Shown piece by piece: positions 47,719 to 59,400 of a stretch of 64,000 nt of DNA. Made by a program: the position numbers and the translations under genes. The stretch covers positions 288,001-352,000 of the forward strand of contig CAVVKJ010000005.1 in the NCBI GenBank assembly GCA_963748815.1, written 5' to 3'. How positions within the stretch are numbered: the first letter of the stretch is position 1; each line of letters begins with the position of its first letter. A model generated the notes under the pieces. It made no database searches, was not told the origin of the DNA, and worked only from the letters and a program-made list of their open reading frames with translations. Origin of the DNA: an uncultured Gemmatimonadales bacterium. GTDB lineage: Bacteria > Gemmatimonadota > Gemmatimonadetes > Gemmatimonadales > GWC2-71-9.

Positions 47719-48699
47719 CGGCCGAGGGGGCTGGCCACCGGGGCCGGCTGGTCGAGAATGAGGACCTCGGGCGTTTCCGCCTGCGCCTCGCGGGGCAGGG
47801 CGCGGTCCACGCTCATCGCCACGAAGAGCAGCGCGAGGTAGGCGAGGGAATACTTGTACATCTTCCAGGCGGTGGGGGTGACGCCCTCTTCCCGCAGCAG
47901 CTGGAAGTTGTACCAGAGGAACCGGCCGCCGAGCGCCAGCGCCGCCACCGCGTAGAGGAGGCCGAACGCCCCGAAGAGGGCGGGGAGGATGGTCAGCGGA
48001 ATCAGGATGAGGGTGTAGATGAGCATCTGCACCTTGGTTTCCCGGTCGCCCCGGACCACCGGCAGCATCGGGACCCCCGCCTTCGCGTACTCCCCCTTCT
48101 TCAGCAGCGCCAGCGCCCAGAAGTGCGGCGGGGTCCAGTAGAAGATGATCGCGAAGAGGTAGAAGGCGGTGAGGTCCAGCTTGCCCGCCATGGCGGCGTA
48201 GCCGACGAGCGGTGGAAACGCGCCTGCCGCCCCTCCGATGACGATGTTCTGCGGGGTGGAGCGCTTGAGCCAGACGGTGTAAATCAGCACGTAGAAGAGG
48301 AGTCCGCCGAGCGCCAGCCAGGCGCTGAGCGGGTTGGCAAAGCGCCAGAGGATGGCGAAGGCCAGCGTGCCGAGCCCGATCCCGAACGCCAGCGCGGCCA
48401 GCGGCGCCACCCGCCCGGAGGGGACGGGACGCAGCCTGGTCCGGGACATGAAATGGTCGATGTCCTGGTCGAACCACATGTTGATGGCGTTGGCGCCGCC
48501 GGCCATCAGGAATCCGCCGAGGAGCACCCAGCCCACGAGGGAAAGGGGGGCGCGCCGAGTCCGGTGATGTACATCGGGGCGACGGCGGTCACCAGCAGGA
48601 GGGAAATGACCCGGGGCTTGGTCAGGGCGACGAGGTCGCGCACCAGGGAGGGGTGAACCTTTCGGTCATCCCGGCCCGTGGTTGGTTCCGATCCGCCAT
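47715..48699 (-). CDS. cyoE: heme o synthase (protoheme IX farnesyltransferase), frameshifted 5' part
   Basis: LTKPRVISLLLVT, NMWFDQDID..MSRTRLRPVPSG, NIVIGGAAGAFPP, YWTPPHFWAL. Confidence 0.93.
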
Positions 48700-48799
48700 G
48701 CAACACACCCATGCCTGCTCCGGGTCACTGGGAAAGGGGAAAAGAAACGGCCCCGGGCGGGTCCTTGTCAAGCGGAGCCGAGGGGCGCAAACTCCACCG

Positions 48800-50170
48800 A
48801 TGCAAACAAATAGCGCTGGAACCGGCGTCCGCGACGCCTGGGGCGAACGCCTCCCCCGCCGCCTCGGCCTCATGAGTGCGGTGGCGGTCCTGGTCGGCTC
48901 GACAATCGGCAGCGGGATCTTTCGGGTGCCGGCCAGCGTGGCCGGGCGGATCACGGAGCCGGGCCCCTTCCTGCTGGCCTGGGCCATCGGCGGGGCCATC
49001 GTGCTCTGCGGAGCCCTCACCTACGCCGAGCTTGCTGCCGCGCTCCCGAGATCCGGGGGCGTCTTCGCGTATATCCTCGAGGCGTTCGGTCCCCTCCCCG
49101 CCTTCCTCTTCGGCTGGTCGACGCTGGCGGTCATTCGCGCCTCGGCGCTGGGGGCCATCTCGACGATCTTCGCCGAGTACCTCGGCTACTTCCTTCCCCT
49201 GACCGCCACGCAGGTCCAGTACGTGGCGGCGGGGGCCATCATCCTGGTGGGGCTCTTCAACTACTTCGGCGTCAACATCGCCGCCGTCCTGGTCAATCTG
49301 TCGACCGTGGTCAAGTACGGGGCGCTGGTGGCGCTGGCGGGGCTGGCCTTCACCATCGGCGAGGGCACCACCGCCAACTTTGCTCCGGTGTGGGGCGGTG
49401 GCGTGCAGCTGTCCATCATGGGGACCGCCCTCATCTCGATCATGTGGACCTATGACGGGTGGGCCGACCTGGCCTATCTCGGTGGCGAAGTGAAGGATCC
49501 CGCCCGGAACCTCCCGCGGGCGCTCCTGCTGGGCACGGTGGCCATCATCGCCATCTACCTCGTGGTGAACCTGGCCTACCTCTACCTGGTGCCGCTGCCG
49601 CAGATGGCGGGGTCCGCGCTCATCGCCGCCACCGCGGCCGAGCGGATCCCCCTCTTCGGGGGCGGGGCGGGGGGCGTCATTGCCGGCGTGGTGATGATTT
49701 CCACCTTCAGCGCGCTCCTCGGTTCGATGATGACGGGCCCGCGGGTCTTCTTCGCCATGGCCGACCGCGGCCTCTTCTTCACCGCGATCGCGCGGGTCAG
49801 CCCCCGGTACCAGAGCCCCTCCGTGGCGATCCTGCTCGCCACCGGACTCGGCGTGGTGTACGTCCTGCTCAACGACTTCCAGCAGCTGGCCGACAAGTTC
49901 ATTCTCGGGATCTGGCCGTTCTACGCCCTGGCGGTCGCGGCGGTCTTCGTCCTCCGGAAGAAGCAGCCCGACCTGGTGCGCCCCTACCGGACGTGGGGGT
50001 ATCCGGTGGTCCCCCTGCTGTTCATGGGGGCCTCGATCGCGATCATCGTGAACGCCCTGTGGACCGACCCGGTCAACACCGGTATCACATTCGGGATTAT
50101 CCTGGTCGGGGTTCCGGTGTATTTCGTCTGGCGCCGTGTGGCCCGTCCGGCGGCCATCGCCGAGTCCTGA
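48800..50170 (+). CDS. APC family amino acid permease
   Basis: GSTIGSGIF, YAELAAALPRSGG, WTYDGW..GEVKDPARNLP, RPYRTWGYP. Confidence 0.93.
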   Translation: MQTNSAGTGVRDAWGERLPRRLGLMSAVAVLVGSTIGSGIFRVPASVAGRITEPGPFLLAWAIGGAIVLCGALTYAELAAALPRSGGVFAYILEAFGPLPAFLFGWSTLAVIRASALGAISTIFAEYLGYFLPLTATQVQYVAAGAIILVGLFNYFGVNIAAVLVNLSTVVKYGALVALAGLAFTIGEGTTANFAPVWGGGVQLSIMGTALISIMWTYDGWADLAYLGGEVKDPARNLPRALLLGTVAIIAIYLVVNLAYLYLVPLPQMAGSALIAATAAERIPLFGGGAGGVIAGVVMISTFSALLGSMMTGPRVFFAMADRGLFFTAIARVSPRYQSPSVAILLATGLGVVYVLLNDFQQLADKFILGIWPFYALAVAAVFVLRKKQPDLVRPYRTWGYPVVPLLFMGASIAIIVNALWTDPVNTGITFGIILVGVPVYFVWRRVARPAAIAES

Positions 50171-50341
50171 GGTCGGAATCGGCTCCTTGACCCCGGGCTG
50201 GCGAGGCGTAAGTTTTTCGGCCATCGCCCGGATGTGCCGGGCCGCCATTTGGGGGTGACCGGCCAGTCGCGGTCACGGGATGACGTGGGGCCAATTCTCC
50301 TGTCGGACGTGCGCCTTATTTACTCCAGTCGAGGTGTCCCT

Positions 50342-53300
50342 ATGCAGTCATGGTTTCGTCGGGTAGCGACCGCGACGGCCGTGGGCGTGCTGTTTGCGCT
50401 CGGGGCCGGCAATCTCTTCGCGCAGGGCGTCACAACGGCGGCGGTGACGGGGACCGTCACGCAGGAGACCGGGGCGCCGGTCGAGGGCGCCGTGATCACG
50501 CTGACCAACCGCGGCACCGGCGCCAAGACCACCGCGACCACGCAGGGGAACGGCAAGTTCTTCATCGAAAACGCGCCGGTCGGCGGCCCCTACACCATCG
50601 AGGCCCGCGCGATCGGCTTCGAGAGCGCCCGGCGCGACAACGTGATGCTCTCCCTCGGCCAGCGCTTTGTCTCCAACTTCACGCTCCGGCAGCAGGTCGT
50701 GGAGCTGCAGGAAATCGCGGTCAACGCCGAAACCGGCGACCCGGTCATGAACACCGCGAAGACCGGCGTGGCGCAGTCGATCAGCGACAGCGCCATCAGC
50801 CGCCTCCCCGTGCTGGGCGGCAACTTCACGAACCTGGTGGCGACCACGCCCCAGGTCGCGTCGATCGGCGCCGGTGTCTCGGCCGCCGGGCAGAACAACC
50901 GGTTCAACAGCATCCAGATCGACGGCGGCGTCAACAACGACCTCTTCGGGCTCGGCGCCACCGGCGCCCCCGGCGGCCAGGCGGACTCCAGGGCCATTTC
51001 CTTCGCCGCGGTGAAGGAATTCCAGGTGCTCATCGCCCCGTTCGACGTGCGGCAGGGCAACTTCGCCGGCGGCCTCGTCAACGCCGTCACGAAGTCGGGA
51101 GCCAACGCCTTTCACGGGTCGGTGTTCGGGCGCCTGCAGAACCAGGACCTGGTGGGCACCGACGTCAACGGCCAGAAGGCGGCGGACTTCAAGGTCCTGC
51201 AGTACGGCGGCACCCTGAGCGGCGCCATCCTCAAGGACAAGCTCCACTACTTCGCCGCGGCCGACATCCAGGAGCGGACCACGCCGTTCGACGGCATCAC
51301 GCTCGAGGAGTCCGGCGCCGCGCCGGGCGACGCCGAGCGGATGATCAACCATCTCAACGCCCTCGGGGCCGATCAGTGGGGCGGGGCCGGCAACGCCGGC
51401 GGCTTCCTGATCGAAAATCCGAACCCGACCTTCTTCGGGAAGCTCACCTGGGCGCCGGCCGCCAACCACAACGTCTCGCTCTCCTACAACAACGTCGAGG
51501 CGTCGGTGGACGTGATCAGCCGACGGCGGAACGGCGACTGGTCGCTGAGCTCCAACGCCTACTCCATCGAGAACAACACCAATTCGCTCCGGCTCATCTG
51601 GAGCGCGCTCTTTGGCGGCAAGTACTCCAACGAGTTCATCGGCGGCTGGCAGTCGATCCGGGACAACCGGCCCCCCGCCGCGACCTATCCGACGATCTAT
51701 GTCGGCTCGGGCGGATCGGGCACGCGCCTGGCGGCGGGCGCCGAGCGCTTCTCGCAGGACAACTCGCTGGACCAGGACATCTTCGAACTGACCGACAACC
51801 TGACCATCGGCGTCGGCGATCACCGGGTCACCGTCGGCACCCACAACGAGTTCTTCGGGTTCAACAACCACTTCTTCCCGCAGAGCATCGGGCAGTGGAC
51901 CTTTGCCAACATCGACTCCTTCGAGAACAACGCGCCGGTCCGGTTCGACCGCGCGCTGCCGCTCATTCCCGGCGGCCCGGTGTCGGACTTCAGCGTGAAC
52001 CAGTGGGGGCTCTACGCGCAGGACCAGTTCAACATCGGCAACCTCGCGCTGACGGTTGGCCTCCGGTGGGACGACCCCATCTTCCCCGATTCGCCGACCT
52101 ACAACCCGACGCTTGACTCCATCACCTCGGATGGGGCGTTGTGGACCGGCGGGACCATCAACACCAGCGTGGTGCCGAGCGGCAACGCCACCTGGTCGCC
52201 GCGCATCGGCTTCAACTGGGACGTGGACGGCTCCGGCACGACGATCGTCCGCGGCGGCGTCGGCTACTTCGGCGGCCGGCCGGCCTACGTCTGGATGTCG
52301 AATGCCTACGTGCAACACCGGCATGACGCAGACCCAGCTCACCTGCCGGAACGACAACGCCAACCCGGACGACAACGTGCCGGGCTTCTCCCTCGATCCC
52401 TCGCTGCAGCCGACCACGTGCGCCGGCACCGCCGGGGTCCTGCCGCCGATTCCGACCATCAACTACTTCGACCCCGACTTCAAGTTCGAGCAGAACATGA
52501 AGCTGTCGTTCGGCGTCGATCATCGGCTGCCGTGGGGGATGGTCGGCACGATCGACCTGCTGTACACCAAGTCCAAGAACACCCTCTACATCCAGGACAA
52601 CAACCTCCAGGGCGTGGTGGACGAGAGCACCCTCACCTACGCCACTGGCGAGGGCAACCGGGCGCGCTACGGCGTGAACTCCGTCACGACCGGCGCCGCC
52701 ACGCCGCTGAAGCAGACCGCCGCCTTCGGCAACGTGCTCGAGCACCTGAACAAGTCCGAGGACCACGCCTTCAGCGGCACCATCCAGCTGCAGAAGCGCT
52801 TCTCCAACGGGATCGAGTTCAACGGCGGGTACACCTACAGCGACGCGCAGGACGTGATGTCGCTGACGTCGAGCATCGCCTTCTCCAACTACGGATTCGC
52901 GACGCTCAACGGCCTGCTCAACGACCGCGAGCTGACCACCTCCACCTTCAGCCGCCCGCACCGGGTGGTCCTGAGCGGGAGCGTCAACCTCCCGGGTGAC
53001 TTCGACTTCTCCCTGATCTACTCGGGCGTCTCGGGCTCGCCCTACGGCTACGTGATCAACGGCGACGCCAACGCCGACGGCGTCGGCGGCACCAACCGCG
53101 AGTTCAACGACATGTTCTACATCCCGCGGGACCGGGATGACATCACGATGTACGGCGCGACGGCCGCGGCGCAGAACGCCTCGTACGACTCGCTGGCCAA
53201 CTTCATCAACTCCCAGGACTGCGTCCGCAACCAGCGCGGCCAGATCATGGAGCGGAACAGCTGCCGGAACGCCTGGGTCAACCGGCTCGACGCCCGGCTC

Positions 53301-53558
53301 CAGAAGAACATCCCGACCTTCAACGGCCAGGTGATGGTCCTGTCGCTGGACGTCTTCAACCTGCTCAACATGATCGACAAGGACTGGGGTCTCGTGAAGA
53401 CGACCAGCGCCTTCGAAGGCCAGAGCCTGGTCCAGCTTCGCGGCTGGGACCCGCTCTACAACCGCGGCATCTACAGCAACGCCTTCCCCATCCTCAACCG
53501 GGTCGATCCGATCGCTTCCGTCTGGCGCATTCAGCTGGGCGGCAAGTACATCTGGTAA
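50342..53558 (+). CDS. TonB-dependent receptor, Oar-like (frameshift near 52310)
   Basis: Signal peptide LFA|QGVTTA, NSIQIDGGVNNDLFG, PFDVRQGNFAGGLVNAVTKSG, WSPRIGFNWD, C-terminal WRIQLGGKYIW. Confidence 0.92.
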
Positions 53559-53581
53559 CGAGGACTGGCTCTACCGCATGA

Positions 53582-53617
53582 CGACACGGCCCCCGGGATG
53601 TCCCGGGGGCCGTGTCG
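53582..53617. terminator. terminator-like hairpin
   Basis: CGACACGGCCCCCGGGA-TG-TCCCGGGGGCCGTGTCG. Confidence 0.75.
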
Positions 53618-53640
53618 CGTTGGGGAGGTTCAGGCCCCAG

Positions 53641-53691
53641 CGGGTGCGGACGGTAGGGGCACGACGCGTCGTGCCCCTACGTCCGCACCCG
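53641..53691. repeat. GTAG-family REP within an extended palindrome overlapping the lptG stop
   Basis: CGGGTGCGGACG-G-TAGGGGCACGAC-GC-GTCGTGCCCCTA-CGTCCGCACCCG. Confidence 0.8.
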
Positions 53692-54762
53692 TTTCAGCAG
53701 CACCAGGGCCGCGCCCAGGAACAGGACGTTGGGCGCCCACGCCGCCACCAGCGGGTCGATGATCCCGCCGTTGCCCACCGCCTTGGCGAGGTTGATGATC
53801 AGCAGGAACAGCACCGTCGTCGCCAGGCTGATGGCGATGCCGTAGGCCGCCCCGGCGCGCGGGGAGCTCAGGCTCAGCGGCGCGCCGAAGAGCGCGATGA
53901 TGAGGCAGGTCACCGGCACTGCGATCTTGAGCGCCCGCTCGACCCGCAGCTTGTTCACGTCGTTGCCGGAGCGCCGCAGCCCCTCGATGTACTCCCCGAG
54001 CTCCCGGTACCGCATCTCCGCCGGGGCCTTCGAGGCGGCCAGCAGCTGGCTCGGCGTCTGGGAGAGGGCGCGGAGCCGCATTTCCTGCGCGGTGAACATC
54101 GGCTGGCTCAGCCCGCCGTAGATGACCCGGCTCGAGGCGCCCCAGATGCGCCAGACGGAGGCGGTGCTGTCATACGTGGCGCTGTCCGCGCTGACCGAGA
54201 GGTACGGATAGCTCGTGCCGTTGCCCTGGCGGAGGAAGACGGGCTCCCGGAGCACCTGGTTGACCACGTCGAGGGTGCGGATGGTGTACACCCAGTTGGC
54301 GTCGGCGCCGTACACGAAGTTGTAGCGGTAGGCGGTCCGGGTGCGCGACGACCGGGACTTCTGGAGCTCCAGCGACTTGCTGGACGCCGCCACCGAGATC
54401 TCCCCCACCGCGAAGGCCAGCACGGCGGCCGCCGCCGCCGCCCCGAAGACGGGGCGGGCCAGCCGGTGAAAACTCATCCCCCCCGCCTGCGCCGCCACGA
54501 TCTCCGAGTTCCGGCTCATCGTCCCCAGCGTGAACACGGTCGCGAAAAAGACCGAGGCGGGCATCACCATTGCGATCTCTTCCGGCAGCACGTACACGTA
54601 GCTCTGCAGGATTTCCGTGACGGTCAACCCGTTGCTGAGCAGCCGCCGCATGTTGTCGGTGATCTTGATGAGCACCGACACCACCGGAAACCCGAAGGCG
54701 GTGAGCACGAAGATCCGGATCCAGGAGCGCAGGATGTACCGGTCGAGGAGGCCGATGCCCAT
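53677..54762 (-). CDS. lptG: LptF/LptG family permease (LptG-like)
   Basis: LLDRYIL, MSRNSEIVAAQAGGMS, KIAVPVTCLIIALFGAP, AAWAPNVLF. Confidence 0.85.
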   Translation of the reverse strand: MGIGLLDRYILRSWIRIFVLTAFGFPVVSVLIKITDNMRRLLSNGLTVTEILQSYVYVLPEEIAMVMPASVFFATVFTLGTMSRNSEIVAAQAGGMSFHRLARPVFGAAAAAAVLAFAVGEISVAASSKSLELQKSRSSRTRTAYRYNFVYGADANWVYTIRTLDVVNQVLREPVFLRQGNGTSYPYLSVSADSATYDSTASVWRIWGASSRVIYGGLSQPMFTAQEMRLRALSQTPSQLLAASKAPAEMRYRELGEYIEGLRRSGNDVNKLRVERALKIAVPVTCLIIALFGAPLSLSSPRAGAAYGIAISLATTVLFLLIINLAKAVGNGGIIDPLVAAWAPNVLFLGAALVLLKRVRT

Positions 54763-56396
54763 CACCGTCGCCTCCACCGCGCCACCCGGCGCCGCAGCAT
54801 GTCCGTCAGCTCCGCGAGGTCGCCGCCGCGGGTCGAGCCGAGCTCCCGGTTGACCCGGAGGAGCCCCACGACGCCGAGGAGGGTGAAGATCACGTTGGGG
54901 GCCCACATCACCACGGCGGGCGGGAGGATGCCCGCGTCGGCCAGCGGTTCCCCGGCGGTGAGGCTGATGTAATAGAGGGCGAAAATGCCGAGCCCCCCGC
55001 CGAGGACCAGCCCCATTCCGCCGCGAGGAAACCGGAGCGCCAGCGGGATGCCGACCAGGACGAAGACCATGCAGGCCACCGTGATCGCGTACTTCTTGTG
55101 GACCTCGACGAGGAAGCCGTCGGCGGTCCGCCGGGCGGACTTGATGCCCTCCACGGTGGTGGCCACGTCGATCCACGACGAGAGGGTCACCTCGCGGGGC
55201 TCCCCACCCGCCGGCTCGACGCCGGCGCTGGGACGCCCCGTGGCCTCCGCCGGCGCGGGGAGAGAGTCCATGCTTCCGGTCTCGAGCTTTCGCCTGAGCG
55301 CCTCCCGCTTCCAGAGCGGCACCTCCTGCTCCTGGAACCGGGGGTTCCTCGGCGGGGGCCGCTGCCCCGGCTTGGCGCCCCCCGGCCGCTGTGCGGGGTC
55401 CTGGGCCTCGGCCGTCACCGGAAGGAGCCGCCCGCCGAGGGACCTGAACCATCGGCACCACGGCGCACCCGCGGCCCGCCCGCTGTCCGGGGTCGCCTCC
55501 GGAGCGGGGGGCAGTCCGAGCAGCGCCCGCAGGTCCGTCTCCAGTCGCTCGGCGCGGGCCTCGGTGAAGGACCGCATGGCCGCGGCGGTGTCCCCCACGA
55601 TGTCGAGCATCTCGCAGGTCGTCATTTCCCGGTCGCTCTTCGGCACGTCCCCTTCGGTGCGCGTCAGGGTGTTGCCGACGCTCCGGACCCGCATGGTGTT
55701 GACGGTGAAGTAGGTGAGCTGCAGGAGCCCCGGTTCCGTCCCCTTGAACTGCATGATCGAGCCGTCGTACAGGGTCAGGTAGAGGTCGTTCTGGTTCGCC
55801 TCGAAGCCCATCCGGCCGCTGTCGGCGTAGATGACCTGGCGCCCCTGCGTCCCCGACATGTCGAAGATCGTCACGTCGCGGAGGCGCCCGTCGGCCGGCT
55901 CGATCCGGCCCGCCCGGAGGAAAAGCTCGGAGGGGGGGACCTCGTTCAGCGCCTGCTCCCGGAACTCGACCGTCGGTCGCTTGCGGCCAATGTCGAACAG
56001 CAGCGCCTTGAGCCGCAGGTTGGCCGCGGGGAGGCCCTGGTCGACGAAGACGAAGTCGGCGGCGGTCAGCAGCAGCGCCGCCAGGAACACCGGCCGCAGC
56101 AGCTGCCCGATGGAGATGCCGCTGGCCCGCATGGCGGTGATCTCGTTCCCCGAGGCCAGCGTGGTGAAGGCGTACAGCACGGCGAGGAGCACCGCCATCG
56201 GCAGCGTCATGGCCACGATGAAGGGGAGGCTGAGGAGGAAGACTTCGCCGATCAGGCTCCAGGGCAGCCCCTTGCCGACCAGCGCGCCGAACCGCTTGGC
56301 GATCTGATTCAGCAGCATGATGCTGGTCAGCGCCGCCACCGCAAACACGAACGGGGCCGCCAGCTGCCGGAGGACGTACCGGCTCAGCAGGCGCAC
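54762..56396 (-). CDS. lptF: LptF/LptG family permease (LptF-like) with a long periplasmic insertion
   Basis: LLSRYVLRQL, NEITAMRASGIS, VEVHKKYAI, MWAPNVIF. Confidence 0.85.
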   Translation of the reverse strand: MRLLSRYVLRQLAAPFVFAVAALTSIMLLNQIAKRFGALVGKGLPWSLIGEVFLLSLPFIVAMTLPMAVLLAVLYAFTTLASGNEITAMRASGISIGQLLRPVFLAALLLTAADFVFVDQGLPAANLRLKALLFDIGRKRPTVEFREQALNEVPPSELFLRAGRIEPADGRLRDVTIFDMSGTQGRQVIYADSGRMGFEANQNDLYLTLYDGSIMQFKGTEPGLLQLTYFTVNTMRVRSVGNTLTRTEGDVPKSDREMTTCEMLDIVGDTAAAMRSFTEARAERLETDLRALLGLPPAPEATPDSGRAAGAPWCRWFRSLGGRLLPVTAEAQDPAQRPGGAKPGQRPPPRNPRFQEQEVPLWKREALRRKLETGSMDSLPAPAEATGRPSAGVEPAGGEPREVTLSSWIDVATTVEGIKSARRTADGFLVEVHKKYAITVACMVFVLVGIPLALRFPRGGMGLVLGGGLGIFALYYISLTAGEPLADAGILPPAVVMWAPNVIFTLLGVVGLLRVNRELGSTRGGDLAELTDMLRRRVARWRRR

Positions 56397-56411
56397 GGGG
56401 GGCCCGGACGG

Positions 56412-56440
56412 TTGAACGACATTTTTTCGGGCGCTATATT
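56412..56440 (+). promoter_or_regulatory. sigma-70 promoter for sprA
   Basis: TTGAAC-N17-TATATT in the short divergent lptF/sprA gap. Confidence 0.6.
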
Positions 56441-56484
56441 GCCGAGGTTCCTCACCACTCTCGCCTCTCATCTCCCGGACACGC

Positions 56485-59400
56485 GTGGCCCGTCTTGCCG
56501 TTGCTCTCGGGTGCCTGCTGTTGCTGCTGCCCGCCGTCGCGTCCGCCCAGGACGAGCCGGGGGCCATCGGCGTCGGCGCGACCTTCAATCTACCGCTCCC
56601 GGCGCTCCGGCAACCGCCCCAGGCGCGGGCGGCCTGGCTGGGGGCGCCCAGCGTCACGCCGGCCCAGGCGGGGGCACGGTGGCAGGCGCAGCTGGATCAT
56701 CGGCTCGACCGCGAGCGGGCGGCGTCGAGCTCCGCCACGCTCATGGCCGCGCTCTACGGGACCAACAACCTGCAGGTCCAGTACATCGACGCTTCGCTGG
56801 AGGAGCGCAAGAGCATCCTCGGGATCCCGTCAAAATACGCCGATTTGCGCATCGACGGCTCGGTCTTCCTGGAGGTGCGCACCGACCGTCTCCGGAACCT
56901 GACCTGTACCCCGGCGCAGTTGCTGGACCAGAACTCCGGCTGCCGGGGCGGGTTCAAGGCCCCCCGGCTCGACAACGAGTTCAACGCCAAGGTCGGCGGC
57001 CTGATCGGCAGCCGGCTCCACCTGAACGTCGACTACGACTCCCGCCGGGAGTTCAACGCGAACAACGACATCCAGGTCTACTACCAGGGGCTGCAGGACG
57101 AAATCCTGCAACGGGTCGAGGTCGGCACCGTGTCGTTCCGGACCCCGGCCTCCCGCTTCCTGACCGCCGCCATCCCCGCCAACAATTTCGGCCTCAACGC
57201 CACCTTCGAGTTCGGCGCCGTGACGCTGCAGGCCATGATGGCGACGCAGGAGGGCAGCGTCGTCGGCCAGCGCGTCTACACCGTCGGCTCCACCACCAGC
57301 GAGCCCCAGGATCGGCTGGTGCGCGACCTCGACTTCGAGACGGGGCGGTTCTTCTGGGCGGTCGACCCCGCGACGCTCCCGAACTACCCCTTCGTGGACA
57401 TCCTCAACCTCGACGCGGTGGCCATTCCCGCGGCGGTGCAGCCCGCGGACGCGCAGGTCCGCGTCTATCGCTACCGCACCGGCGCCGGGAGCGGGCTCAA
57501 CCCCAACCTGGGCGGCATCACCGCCATCGGGTTCCGGCCGGACGGCCCCGAGCGGGTCGAGGGCACCTGGCAACTGCTGCTCCAGGGAGAGGACTACTAC
57601 CTCGACCCCTCCGCCACCTGGTTTGCGCTGGCCACCAAGCTGGACCAGAACGACTATCTCGCCGTCAGCTACATCACCGTCACCGGCACCCAGGTCGGGA
57701 CCTTTCCGGCCGGCGAGAACCCGGCGGTCACCGACAGCGTCCTGCTCGTGTCCATCCCGTTGCAGGGACCCACGCAGCAGACCTTCCGGCACGAGATGCG
57801 CCAGGTCTACCGGGTCTCGGGCACCGACCTCGAGCGGCCCTCGCTCAAGGTCACCGTCACGCTGAACCAGTCCGAGCGTCCCTCGAACGACGAAGCGCAG
57901 ACGTACCTCGCCTTCTTCGGGCTGGCCATCCCGCCCGACCCGCACATCTTCGACGTCGACAACCGGGTCTTCCCCCGGGTCCGCGATCCGGGCGCGGATC
58001 TCGTCCTGCGCGAGTCGTACATCGCCTATCCCTCGCTCAAGCCGTTCATCGACCCGCGGCTGCAGCCGAACGAACGGGCCGATTCGGTCTACAACTCGCC
58101 GGTGTACCTGCTCCTGACGCCGCAGGGCCCGCCGTCGCGCTTCCAGATGCGGTTGGAATACAACGCCGCCGGCGGGACCGATCCCGGCAGCCTGAACCTC
58201 AACGCCCTGCAAATCCGCCGCGGCTCGGAGCAGTTGATCGCGGGCGGCCGGGTGCTCGAGCGCGGCGTGGACTACGAGATCAACTACGATCTTGGCCAGG
58301 TCACCTTCAACAGCCCCGCCACCCTCTTCCCCTCGGGCGTCGGCACCGTCACGGCGCGGTTCGAGGAGCGGGGCATCTTTGCCGTGGCGCCGACCTCGAT
58401 CCTCGGCGGGACGCTGAGCTACTCGCTGGGCGACGTGGGGTCGGTCAACCTGATCGGGATGTACCAGAAGGAGCAGTCGGTGTTCACCCGGCCGACCCTC
58501 GGGTTCGAGCCGACCTCCAACCTGCTCACCGGCGTCACGACCGACCTTCGGTTCCAGGTGGACGGCGTCAGTCGGTTCTTCAACAAGCTCACGTCGCAAA
58601 GCGTGACCGCCCCCTCCGTCCTCGACATCCGGGCCGAATACGGCACCACCCATCCCGACCCGAACATCATCGGGCAGGCGTACCTCGAGGACTTCGAGGG
58701 GGAGTCGGCCATTCCGGTCTCGCTCCTCACCTCGCGCTGGGACTACGGCAGCGTGCCGCAGTCGTCCGCGGGGGTGGAGAGCCTCGGGTTTGCCACCGGC
58801 TTCGACTCGCTCTGGGCGGTCCAGCTCTCCTGGCAGAACCTGATCCCGGCCTGCTCCGGCTGCCCCCCGGTCGAGCTCTACCCGCAGGACATCGACCCGA
58901 CCATCCGGACCAACGGCCAGGGGAGCCTCAACGAGACGGTCTTGTACATGACCTTCCACGCCGACACCGCCGGCGGGATGGTGCAGCAGAACAACCGTTC
59001 GCTGTGGACCCAGCCGGACCGGCCGTTCACGCCCCGCTGGCGCTCGATGGTGACGCCGCTCTCCCAGACCGGCATCGACCTCTCCCGGGCGGAATACCTC
59101 GAGTTCTGGGTCTTCCAGGGCGGGGAAAAGACGGTCGACTCGGCGGGGATGCAGCTGGTCGTGGACCTCGGCTCGGTCAGCGAGGACGCGCTTGCGGTGG
59201 CCCCGGACAGCCTGACGGTGGTGGGGTCGGACAGCCTCTACACCGGCCGGCACTACACCGGCGTCGGCCTCCTCAACACCGAGCGGCAGTCCACCGGCAT
59301 CTTCAACGCCTCCACCGACGACATCGGCATCCTGCTCGACCGGGTCGACTCCCTCTTCGTCAACGGCGCGGTGCAGTCCGAGGTCCAGACCTGCGCCCAG

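Noticed and set aside
45895..48477. 860-aa ABC transporter with a long N-terminal extension
   Set aside because: The extension is an alternate frame of cyoE; the transporter starts at GTG 47718, overlapping the cyoE stop.
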